Origin: a bacterium
Lineage (GTDB): Bacteria > UBA10199 > 2-02-FULL-44-16 > DYJF01
Reading direction: 5' to 3'
Assembly: GCA_041739675.1 (NCBI GenBank)
Contig: JBGSNL010000003.1
Location: forward strand, 5,846 to 69,845
Length of the DNA: 64,000 nucleotides
In this document: positions 56,096 to 64,000 of the stretch, in pieces
Position numbering within the stretch: position 1 is the stretch's first letter
Layout of the letters: every line of letters begins with the position of its first letter
Position numbers and translations under genes: made by a program
The notes under the pieces: model-generated
The model's database searches: none
Seen by the model: the letters and a program-made list of their open reading frames with translations, nothing else
What the model was told of the DNA's origin: nothing

Positions 56096-56779
56096 ATGAA
56101 ATATGCCCTTATGCTTTCACCCGCAGAGAAAAAGGAGAAGAGGAACTGGTTTTTCTTTATCCTGGGATATTTTGCCGGCGGATATTTGCTCATCAACTGG
56201 ATCAATCAGTTCCGCACCCACTATTATGACGTTTCATTTTCATTTGAGAAATCAATTCCATTCATCCCGGCTATGATCTTCGGTTACATACTCGTTTATT
56301 TCAGCGTCCTTCTTTTGTATTTCCTGATCGACGACATCGCTGATTTCCGCCGCGCCGTGGTCGCCTATCTTCTGCTGACGACGGTCCACTACATTTTTTT
56401 CCTTGTCCTGCCCGTGAGATACGAGCTGCGGCCTGATTTGGCCGCGGTGACCGGATTCGGCGTGGGCGTCACGAGGCTCTATTATTTCATCGACATGCCC
56501 TACAACTGCTTTCCCTCGCTGCATGTGGCTTATCCGGCGCTGGCGGCGCTTATTTCGTGGCGCCATCACCGGTATTCAAGCGGAATTTTCATAGTGATGA
56601 CGGTGATCATTGCCGCGTCGGTCATATTCGTGAAGCAACATTACATTCTGGACGTGGTGGCGGGGGCTCTGACTTCGATCATTTTGTTCAAGACGGTGAC
56701 GATGACCGAAGGATGGTGGCTGAGGCTCTTCAGACTTTCGAATGCTTCACCTGGGTTATCTCAACCCCGTTCTCTGTAG
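56096..56779 (+). CDS. PAP2-superfamily-like polytopic membrane protein
   Basis: Six TM helices. Degenerate PAP2 motifs (RP, PSLH, HYILD). Overlaps the convergent thyX 3' end by 50 nt. Confidence 0.4.
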   Translation: MKYALMLSPAEKKEKRNWFFFILGYFAGGYLLINWINQFRTHYYDVSFSFEKSIPFIPAMIFGYILVYFSVLLLYFLIDDIADFRRAVVAYLLLTTVHYIFFLVLPVRYELRPDLAAVTGFGVGVTRLYYFIDMPYNCFPSLHVAYPALAALISWRHHRYSSGIFIVMTVIIAASVIFVKQHYILDVVAGALTSIILFKTVTMTEGWWLRLFRLSNASPGLSQPRSL

Positions 56780-57515
56780 CTATTTCAATATCCCCGAAAA
56801 TGTTGGGTGATTCTTCTTTTAGTATCTTTGCGATCATGACCGCCAGATTTCTGATCTCGCTGTCTGCATGAGCCGACCCCCGCATCTCGCAGAAATGGCG
56901 CCATGAGCGCGCGTTGGCGGTAACGAAGAGTTTTGTTTCGCAGGCGTTTGGAAGCACGGACCTGGCCGACTGGCGCACGAGTTTTCTACGTTCGGTTCCG
57001 GCAAGTTCCGGATATTTCGCCGCGACAAACTTATCGGTTTCCTCCACGAGCTCGCAATAACTCTTATGAGCCTGGGCGACTGAGGCCTCCCACTTTGCCC
57101 TCAGATCCGAATTTTCGTGATAGAGCGGCGGAACGACGTATCTCGTGTCGGATTCGTCGACGTAGCGCTGGCTCTCCTGGCTGTATGCAAAGCCGGCGCG
57201 ATGGCGGATTAACTCATGCGTGAGCGAGCGGCTGATGCCCGTGATTATAAAGCTCCATGTCACGTGCTCCAGAACCGAGCCATGATGGGAGGCTATGATA
57301 TTTTCAAGATATTCCGCGTTCGATTTGCGTCCCTTGCCGAACGAGAGATAACATATCCTCCCCGCCGATTCGGCGAGTATTTCCGAATCTATTTTCGTAT
57401 CGGTCTCGAAGGACATCCCTTCGTCGTCAAGGAATGCCTTGAGCATGTCGGCATCCATGTGGGATTTCCCGACAAGATAAACGCGCGGTTCCGTGACAAT
57501 TTGTTTTCTATCCAT
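56730..57515 (-). CDS. thyX: FAD-dependent thymidylate synthase
   Basis: ThyX motif RHRAGFAYSQESQRY (RHRxxxxxS). Confidence 0.8.
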   Translation of the reverse strand: MDRKQIVTEPRVYLVGKSHMDADMLKAFLDDEGMSFETDTKIDSEILAESAGRICYLSFGKGRKSNAEYLENIIASHHGSVLEHVTWSFIITGISRSLTHELIRHRAGFAYSQESQRYVDESDTRYVVPPLYHENSDLRAKWEASVAQAHKSYCELVEETDKFVAAKYPELAGTERRKLVRQSARSVLPNACETKLFVTANARSWRHFCEMRGSAHADSEIRNLAVMIAKILKEESPNIFGDIEIATENGVEITQVKHSKV

Positions 57516-60500
57516 CTATGAACATCCCATTGAGTTGCCGCAGTTTAAGCACTTGTAACACGCGCCGTTTCTGACCGTCACATGGCCGCACTGGTCGCAG
57601 AAGGGGGCGTCCCCCATCATCGTGGAAAGGTGCGCATCGGTTATAGAGGTCGAAGCACTCCCGCGTTTTGCATCGGAGATTGAGACCACAACGCCTGAAG
57701 AAGTTGCGACGGTCTGGAGCTGGCCCATTGCGGACGCGGCACCTTCCGCCCTTGCGGCGACGGGCACGGCCATCGGAAGCTCGTCTTCTTCGGGGAGTTC
57801 CGATGCGCGGGATATCATTTTTTCCGCAGTGGCAGGCTGAGGCTGCGGGACGACCATCGTTCTTTTGGGCTCCTCATTCTTTTGTTCGTCTTCGATCTTC
57901 TGAATTTCAAGTTTCACGTCTTCATCTTTCGTGGGCTTCACCTGAACGAAATCGGTGCGGCCCATATATTCCATGCCGAGGACGCGGAAGATGAAATCGA
58001 CGACGGATGTCGCCATCTTGATATTGGGATGGTCAACGACCCCCTGCGGTTCGAAGCGTGTAAAGGTGAAGCAATCTACAAACTCCTCAAGCGGGACGCC
58101 GTACTGAAGGCCCAGAGAAACGGCGATGGCAAAGCAGTTCATGACGCTTCTGAACGCCGCGCCTTCCTTGTGCATATCGATGAAGATCTCGCCCAGGGCG
58201 CCGTCTTCATATTCGCCGGTGCGGACGTAAACCTTGTGGCCGCCGACGCGCGCCTCCTGCGTGAAGCCGCGGCGCTTCTTCGGTAGCCTTTTTCTTCTAA
58301 GGACCGCAACTTGGGGTTCCTGTGAAGTCGAATGGGCAGCGATTCCCTGTTCCCTTTGCGTCGAATCCAGTTTTTTTTTGATATCGTCCGCTACCGCGTT
58401 CAAAGGTTGAGCAAGTTTAGAGCCGTCGCGATAGAGGGCGACCGCTTTGACGCCCATGCGCCACGCCTCGATATAGAGGCGCTCTATCTCTTCCGCAGTG
58501 ATCTTGTTGGGAAGATTGATCGTCTTGGAAATTCCGCCGGAGAGAAACTTCTGCGCGGCCGCCATCATTTTCAGATGGGCCATCGGGGCGAGATAACGCT
58601 CACCGTATTTTCCGCACCGGTTGGCGCAATCAAAAACCGGCAGGTGCTCGTCTCTCAAATGGGGAGCGCCTTCGATCGTCATCTTTCCGCAGATGTGGAT
58701 ATTCGCCTCTTCGATCTGCTCGTTTGAAAATCCCAGCTCTTTCAACAGATTGAAATAGGGTTTTGCGTACTGCTCTTCGGTGAAGCCGAAGCGCGCCATT
58801 GCCTCCGGCCCCAGCGTTCCGGGATTGAACGCAAACGAGAGCTCAAAGATGCGGGCAAGCGCATTTGCGATTTTTTCAAGATCCGCGTCGTTGAAGCCCT
58901 TGTCGCGCAAGCTGTGCTCATTGATGTGCGGGCTGCCTTCAAGCGAAGAGGTTCCCGACACATAACGGACGATATCGTCTATCTCGTTCGGCGTGTATCC
59001 CAGACGTTTGAGCGCCAGCGGAACCGACTGGTTGACGATCTTGAAATAGCCTCCGCCGGCGAGCTTTTTGAATTTGACGAGCGTGAAGTCTGGCTCGATT
59101 CCGGTTGTGTCGCAGTCCATCAAAAGCCCGATCGTTCCCGTGGGGGCCAGAACCGTAACCTGCGCGTTTCTGTATCCCCAGCGCGAACCGTCGGCGAGAC
59201 AGCGATCCCACACCTGTTTTGCGGCATGAGCCAGATACTCCGGGCAGTGGTGTTCGGGAATTTCGTAGGCCGCGTCGCGGTGCATGCGGATCACTTCAAG
59301 CATCGGTTCGCGGTTCTTTGCATATTCCGCAAATGCGCCTTTCTGGGATGCAATCTCCGATGATGCGCGATTTGCCGCCCCGTGCATGATAGCCGTGATT
59401 GCAGCTGCAACAGCGCGCCCCTCGTCGCTGTCATAAGGAAGGCCCATGACCATGAGGAGCGTTCCCATGTTGGCGTATCCCAGACCCAACGGTCTGAACA
59501 GATGACTGTTCCTCGTTATTGCGGAGGTTGGATATGAAGAGAAATCCACCAGTATCTCCTGCGCCATGATGAATATGCGGCAGGCGTGCACGAACGATTC
59601 AATGTCGAACTGGCCCGTCACTTCATCATAGAATTTCATGAGATTGACCGAGGCCAGGTTGCACGCGCTGTTGTCCAAAAAGAGGTATTCACTGCACGGG
59701 TTGGAGGCGTTGATTCTTCCTGATGCCTTACACGTGTTCCACTTGTTGATAGTCGTGTCGAACTGGATGCCGGGATCGGCGCAGCTCCACGTCGCTTCGG
59801 AGACAAGATGCATGAGGTCGCGCGCGCGGCGTGTTTCATACGGCTCGCCGGTTGTGCGAAGGGTCGTCTTCCACGGTTCGTCGTTCAAATACGCGTACAT
59901 GAATGTGTCAGGTATGCGGATCGAGTTGTTCGAATTCTGTCCGGAGACCGTGCGATACGCTTCTCCGTTGAAGTCGGATGTGTAGCCGGCGGCTATCATC
60001 GCGGCGACCTTCTTTTCCTCATTCACTTTCCAGTTGATGAAATCGACTATCTCCGGGTGATCGATGTCGAGACAAACCATCTTCGCCGCGCGGCGGGTCG
60101 TGCCGCCCGACTTTGTGGCGCCCGCGCCCCTATCTAGCACTTCCAAAAACGACATGAGACCAGATGATGTGCCGCCGCCGGAAAGTTTTTCGTATTTGCT
60201 TCTAAGCCTGCTGAAATTTGTTCCCGTACCCGAACCGTACTTGAAAAGTTTCGCCTCGCTTTTGGCCAGTTCGAATATCGACATCAGGTCGTCGTCCACC
60301 GATTGAATGAAACACGCCGACGCCTGAGGGGATTCGTAGGAATTTTTCGTGAGTTGCGGCTCTCCTGATTCTTCATCCCAGTGCCAGTTTCCGCCGCTGC
60401 CTTCGATGTGATATGAATGGTAGAGTCCACAGTTGAACCACACCGGGGAATTGAACGCCCCCGTCTGATTCAAAAGCATGTGAGTGAGCTCGGCCTCGAA

Positions 60501-60878
60501 TGTGTCGGCGTCTTCGGCAGATGCGAAATATCCGTTTTCTTCTCCCGCCCATCTGATCGTGTGCGCTACACGCGTTACAACCTGGCGGATGGAAGTTTCA
60601 TGGCCGGCACCCGGAACGCCGCGCTTTCTGAAATATTTTGAAACAAGAATATCCGTAGCAAGCTGCGACCACCCATCGGGGACTTCGACATCATCCATCC
60701 TGAAGACGATGGAGCCGTCGGGGTTCGTGATCAGCGAAGATCTTTTTTCGTAGCGGACTTCATCGAGAGGGTTCACTCCGCGGCGTGTGAAACAGCGGGG
60801 GACAGAAAGGCCTTTTTCGATGGCGCTGATGTGAGACTTTTTCTTAGCTTTTACCCCCCTGACAGCCTTTATGACCAT
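57516..60878 (-). CDS. nrdJ: Class II (adenosylcobalamin-dependent) ribonucleotide reductase, long form with C-terminal zinc ribbon
   Basis: RNR catalytic-core similarity and 1120 aa length. C-terminal CDQCGH...CYKCLNCG zinc ribbon. Adjacent to thyX. Confidence 0.75.
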   Translation of the reverse strand: MVIKAVRGVKAKKKSHISAIEKGLSVPRCFTRRGVNPLDEVRYEKRSSLITNPDGSIVFRMDDVEVPDGWSQLATDILVSKYFRKRGVPGAGHETSIRQVVTRVAHTIRWAGEENGYFASAEDADTFEAELTHMLLNQTGAFNSPVWFNCGLYHSYHIEGSGGNWHWDEESGEPQLTKNSYESPQASACFIQSVDDDLMSIFELAKSEAKLFKYGSGTGTNFSRLRSKYEKLSGGGTSSGLMSFLEVLDRGAGATKSGGTTRRAAKMVCLDIDHPEIVDFINWKVNEEKKVAAMIAAGYTSDFNGEAYRTVSGQNSNNSIRIPDTFMYAYLNDEPWKTTLRTTGEPYETRRARDLMHLVSEATWSCADPGIQFDTTINKWNTCKASGRINASNPCSEYLFLDNSACNLASVNLMKFYDEVTGQFDIESFVHACRIFIMAQEILVDFSSYPTSAITRNSHLFRPLGLGYANMGTLLMVMGLPYDSDEGRAVAAAITAIMHGAANRASSEIASQKGAFAEYAKNREPMLEVIRMHRDAAYEIPEHHCPEYLAHAAKQVWDRCLADGSRWGYRNAQVTVLAPTGTIGLLMDCDTTGIEPDFTLVKFKKLAGGGYFKIVNQSVPLALKRLGYTPNEIDDIVRYVSGTSSLEGSPHINEHSLRDKGFNDADLEKIANALARIFELSFAFNPGTLGPEAMARFGFTEEQYAKPYFNLLKELGFSNEQIEEANIHICGKMTIEGAPHLRDEHLPVFDCANRCGKYGERYLAPMAHLKMMAAAQKFLSGGISKTINLPNKITAEEIERLYIEAWRMGVKAVALYRDGSKLAQPLNAVADDIKKKLDSTQREQGIAAHSTSQEPQVAVLRRKRLPKKRRGFTQEARVGGHKVYVRTGEYEDGALGEIFIDMHKEGAAFRSVMNCFAIAVSLGLQYGVPLEEFVDCFTFTRFEPQGVVDHPNIKMATSVVDFIFRVLGMEYMGRTDFVQVKPTKDEDVKLEIQKIEDEQKNEEPKRTMVVPQPQPATAEKMISRASELPEEDELPMAVPVAARAEGAASAMGQLQTVATSSGVVVSISDAKRGSASTSITDAHLSTMMGDAPFCDQCGHVTVRNGACYKCLNCGNSMGCS

Positions 60879-60972
60879 TTCACCCTCCGTTTACAAGCCT
60901 GTGAATAACTAAAAATGTCTATTAATATCATTAAGATAGGTATTTATTGAGGCTTTAATATCGACCCTTTAT

Positions 60973-61021
60973 CCACAATATGTTGTATAGTGAACTGATG
61001 TTTAGACACTATATATTGTGG
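60973..61021. promoter_or_regulatory. Tandem NrdR boxes upstream of the nrdJ-thyX operon
   Basis: CCACAATATGTTGTAT (60973-60988) and ACACTATATATTGTGG (61006-61021) match the NrdR-box consensus acaCwAtATaTwGtgt. Their centres are about 33 bp apart. Confidence 0.6.
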
Positions 61022-61164
61022 TGTCAAAGGAAAAGAGACTGCGTCTCTTTTTTTTGTTCATGATGCAGCCACTGATTTGAAATTGTGGATATTTTCCTCA
61101 AATCCTTCCGTAACATGCGTTTTACCTTGCTAATGCGAAAAAAATGGCTGTATAGGGTCACAAA

Positions 61165-62367
61165 ATGGAAACGTCAGGATTCAATAAACCCGCTCTTCCA
61201 CAGGATCTCCACCGCTTTTCCTCATTTGTAATTCACTACGGGGAGATTGCTCTGAAAAAAGGCAACCGAGATTACTTCGAGGATTGCCTCATGAGGAATA
61301 TCCGTCTAGCCATTGATAGGAAGGATGTTTGCGAGGTTCGACGCCTGCAAGGCCGCATACATGTTGAGTTTGCCAATCCAGCCATCGGCCAACCCATGAT
61401 GGACAGATTGAAGAGGGTCTTTGGTGTTGCAAGTATTTCTGCGGCCGTAAGATCTGAGCCTGCTATTTCACCGATCAGAGAGGCGGTGCAAAATATTGTT
61501 GCGGGACGCACGTTTGAAAGCTTTGCCGTTCGCACGCGACGCGCGGAAAAATCTTTTCCGATGTCATCGCAGAAAGTGAATGAAGAGATCGGCGCGCTCG
61601 TTCAAAAAATGACGGGTGCAAAGGTCGATCTTGAAAATCCGAAACTCACAGTGGCGGTTGAGATCACAAAAAAACACGCCTTCATTTTTCTGGATCACGT
61701 TAAAGGGCCGGGCGGGCTCCCTGTGGGTATCAGCGGAAGGGTGGCGTGTCTTATCTCCGGGGGAATTGACTCGCCTGTGGCGGCTTGGCGCGTAATGAAG
61801 CGCGGCTGTCTTCCTGTTTTTATCCATTTTCACTCGGCGCCTTTCACCTCTGCCGCTTCGCAGGAAAAGGTGGAAGAGATGATCTCTCTTCTGATGGAAG
61901 GACAGCCCAGGACCCGCCTTGTCACGGTTCCCTTCGGCCCGATTCAGCAAAAAATCGTGGTAGGCGTGCCCATGGCATATCGCATCATCATATATAGACG
62001 CTTCATGGTGAGGATCGCCGAAAAAATTGCGAGAGAACAAAGGGCGCAGGCGCTGGTGACTGGCGAGGCCCTCTCGCAGGTGGCGTCACAGACCCTCTCT
62101 AACCTGACTACAATCGAATCCGTATCGACGATGCCGATACTGCGCCCATTAATTGGAATGGATAAGCAGGAGATAGTGGATGAGGCTAAAAAAATAGGGA
62201 CCTATGACATCGCTATAATCCCGCACGATGACTGTTGCAGCTTTTTGATGCCCAGAAACCCGGTTACGCGCACAACCAACTCAGAGGTTGAAAAAGTGGA
62301 GCAGAACCTGGATATAGAGGCCCTTGTGCAAATGGGGCTTGATGGAAAAGAAATTCGTGATATGTGA
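61165..62367 (+). CDS. thiI: tRNA 4-thiouridine synthase ThiI
   Basis: N-terminal THUMP-like region (IHYGEIALKKGNR). PP-loop SGGIDSPVAAW. Confidence 0.8.
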   Translation: METSGFNKPALPQDLHRFSSFVIHYGEIALKKGNRDYFEDCLMRNIRLAIDRKDVCEVRRLQGRIHVEFANPAIGQPMMDRLKRVFGVASISAAVRSEPAISPIREAVQNIVAGRTFESFAVRTRRAEKSFPMSSQKVNEEIGALVQKMTGAKVDLENPKLTVAVEITKKHAFIFLDHVKGPGGLPVGISGRVACLISGGIDSPVAAWRVMKRGCLPVFIHFHSAPFTSAASQEKVEEMISLLMEGQPRTRLVTVPFGPIQQKIVVGVPMAYRIIIYRRFMVRIAEKIAREQRAQALVTGEALSQVASQTLSNLTTIESVSTMPILRPLIGMDKQEIVDEAKKIGTYDIAIIPHDDCCSFLMPRNPVTRTTNSEVEKVEQNLDIEALVQMGLDGKEIRDM

Positions 62368-62373
62368 GGCAAG

Positions 62374-63213
62374 ATGAGCCATCTCAAAGAATACAAGAGC
62401 AACGCCAAATCGCCCGAAGACAGGAACTTGGGAGACGAGTGGATCGATTGGGACGGCCACGATGAAGGACATACAATTGATGAAGGGAAGGGTCTCTTTC
62501 TCTGGTTCACTTTCGGTGTCGTGCTGCTTGCAGATGCGCTTCTTGTCATCCTCGTTTATCTTATCACGCCGCGCCTTGCCTCATTTATAGAGGAGTTGCC
62601 GGTGGCGGCGTGGACGCTGGCCGGCCTTTTCATTGCGGCGACCGCATTCTGGTATGTGGAGCTTGTTTTCACGGCCTATCACGAAAAAAATTTCTTTTTG
62701 TTTCGCTCGCGGCCCCATTTCTTGTTTGAGCTCATCTACACGCGCGTAATCAAGCTCAGCAGAGTTTTCGGGGTCTCCCGCGACCGCCTCGGACACTCGT
62801 TTGTAAAGGTCTCAAATGCCGTTTCAAGGGCCATGAGGAAGAAGGTTGAAACCGAACGGCTTTTGGTCCTGCTGCCGCGCTGCCTGTCCAAAGAGGAGCT
62901 GAAAAAAGCCATGGCACTCAAGGAGCGCTACACTTTTGAGATTTTCACCGTTTCAGGCGGCGAGCTTGCGAGAAAAAAGGTGAAAGAGATTAGGCCCACG
63001 GCGGTCATAGGCGTGGCCTGCGAGCGCGACCTCGTTTCCGGAATCCGCGATGTTGGCGGCCGCCTCTCGATCATAGGCATACCAAACAAGCGTCCGCACG
63101 GCCCGTGTAAAGATACGCATATCGATTTGAACGCCCTTGAAGACGCCATAAAATTCTACGTCGGCCCGCCCCGCCATATAGAGGAAAAAGACGAATCTCG
63201 CACTGCGTCATGA
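62374..63213 (+). CDS. Membrane protein, DUF116-like, unknown function
   Basis: Two or three TM helices followed by a soluble domain. Immediately downstream of thiI. Confidence 0.35.
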   Translation: MSHLKEYKSNAKSPEDRNLGDEWIDWDGHDEGHTIDEGKGLFLWFTFGVVLLADALLVILVYLITPRLASFIEELPVAAWTLAGLFIAATAFWYVELVFTAYHEKNFFLFRSRPHFLFELIYTRVIKLSRVFGVSRDRLGHSFVKVSNAVSRAMRKKVETERLLVLLPRCLSKEELKKAMALKERYTFEIFTVSGGELARKKVKEIRPTAVIGVACERDLVSGIRDVGGRLSIIGIPNKRPHGPCKDTHIDLNALEDAIKFYVGPPRHIEEKDESRTAS

Positions 63214-63275
63214 CAATCTTCCTTTTCGTTGCTTTTCTTCAGCTCCGTTGCTAAAAAAATAGCCGGCAACAATTT

Positions 63276-64000
63276 ATGCATAAATTCCAAATGAAGATCG
63301 TCTGCGCGGCAATCATTGTGTCGATGTTTTCCGCCTGCGGAATGAAGAAGGTGGCCACCGCGACCATAGGCAAGCTCGCGGTTGACGGCACGTCGGTCCT
63401 TGAATCCGAACAGGATATCGAACTCGCAAAAAATTCCACCCCATCGCTCATCTTGACCCTTGAAGTTCTGGCCAAGGGAAATCCGAATGACAAAAGGATG
63501 CTCACATTACTCGCCAGATCGTACGGCCAGTACGCCTTCGGGTTTTTGGAAGAGGATATCCTGAAATATAAGGATACGGACCCATCATTATATAAGAAGG
63601 CATCAGACAGGGCGGATCTCTTCTACAAGCGCGGGAGAGATTATGGTCTTTCGGCCCTTTGGTCGAAAAAAGAGCAGGAGAGGGTATTGTCCCTTCCGCA
63701 GGACGCGTTTGAAAAAGAACTCCTGAAATTCGGAAAGGGGAGGGCGGGATCGCTTTTCTGGACAGCCTTCTGTTGGGGTAACTTCATAAATCTTCATCGC
63801 GACGATGTTTTGATATTTGCCGATATCTCCCGCGTAGAGGCAATTGTTAAAAGAGTGTTGAAGCTCGATCCTTCATTCTATTACGGCTCGGCCCACAGCT
63901 TTTTGGGTTCGATCGCCTCTTCCAAACCCGCGATGCTGGGCGGTCAGCAAAAAACCGCCGAAGACGAATTCAAAGCGGCAATGGAAGTCAGCAGCGGCTA
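63276..64000 (+). CDS. Lipoprotein with TPR-like repeats (TatT-like), partial; runs off the window end
   Basis: MHKFQMKIVCAAIIVSMFSAC is a lipoprotein signal. The open frame continues to position 64000. Confidence 0.4.
   Translation, partial: MHKFQMKIVCAAIIVSMFSACGMKKVATATIGKLAVDGTSVLESEQDIELAKNSTPSLILTLEVLAKGNPNDKRMLTLLARSYGQYAFGFLEEDILKYKDTDPSLYKKASDRADLFYKRGRDYGLSALWSKKEQERVLSLPQDAFEKELLKFGKGRAGSLFWTAFCWGNFINLHRDDVLIFADISRVEAIVKRVLKLDPSFYYGSAHSFLGSIASSKPAMLGGQQKTAEDEFKAAMEVSSG

Noticed and set aside
1-64000. CRISPR arrays, tRNA/rRNA genes, transposase or integrase genes
   Set aside because: No regularly spaced direct repeats, no tRNA-like cloverleaf candidates in the larger intergenic regions (17097-17275, 31430-31731, 41205-41466, 44530-44726, 60879-61164), and no ORF with transposase or integrase motifs. 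Nothing to report.

Overview
This is a 64 kb, high-GC bacterial chromosomal window that is densely coded on both strands. Its Myxococcus-type cysteine-rich repeats and MYXO-CTERM-like tails suggest a Deltaproteobacteria/Myxococcota-like lineage. Recognisable content: a TonB-linked FecCD/FecE-type ABC importer with a Big_2 lipoprotein in place of the usual binding protein; a FecR-domain protein next to a CHASE2 adenylate/guanylate cyclase; an acyl-CoA dehydrogenase and a FAD-linked oxidase; a hemE-hemN-hemH-hemY haem operon, with a separate hemA operon that also carries an FMN-binding polyferredoxin and an AmmeMemoRadiSam-type radical SAM enzyme; a distant Memo-AMMECR1 fusion; an S8 subtilase and a TSP3-repeat protein with MYXO-CTERM-like tails; an AmgK/MurU-like pair; rsmG and mnmG; an MscS channel fused to a cNMP-binding domain; an hpnO/hpnN-like aminotransferase-MMPL-OMP operon; a deoxyhypusine-synthase-like gene coupled to an APS/PAPS-reductase-like gene; queD; an nrdJ-thyX operon preceded by tandem NrdR boxes; thiI. 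The most unusual feature is a roughly 11 kb minus-strand cluster (33211-44529) of five paralogous genes without Sec signals. All five start with the same strong Shine-Dalgarno sequence followed by Met-(Phe/Tyr/Leu/Ile)-Ser/Pro-Gly/Ala-Gly. Two of them (A and B) share 32 nearly identical N-terminal residues, and two (B and C) share a 31-residue Cys-bracketed C-terminal motif and a near-identical roughly 110 bp 3' DNA repeat. One (B) carries Myxococcus-type cysteine-rich repeats. The cluster also contains a BNR-repeat lipoprotein and is split into three transcription units by strong terminators. I propose it as a candidate undescribed cell-surface or secreted protein system with a new N-terminal sorting or assembly module. 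Also notable are a 131 nt nested inverted-repeat element at 6602-6732 and a 56-codon Tat-signal-like small ORF ahead of the Memo-AMMECR1 gene.
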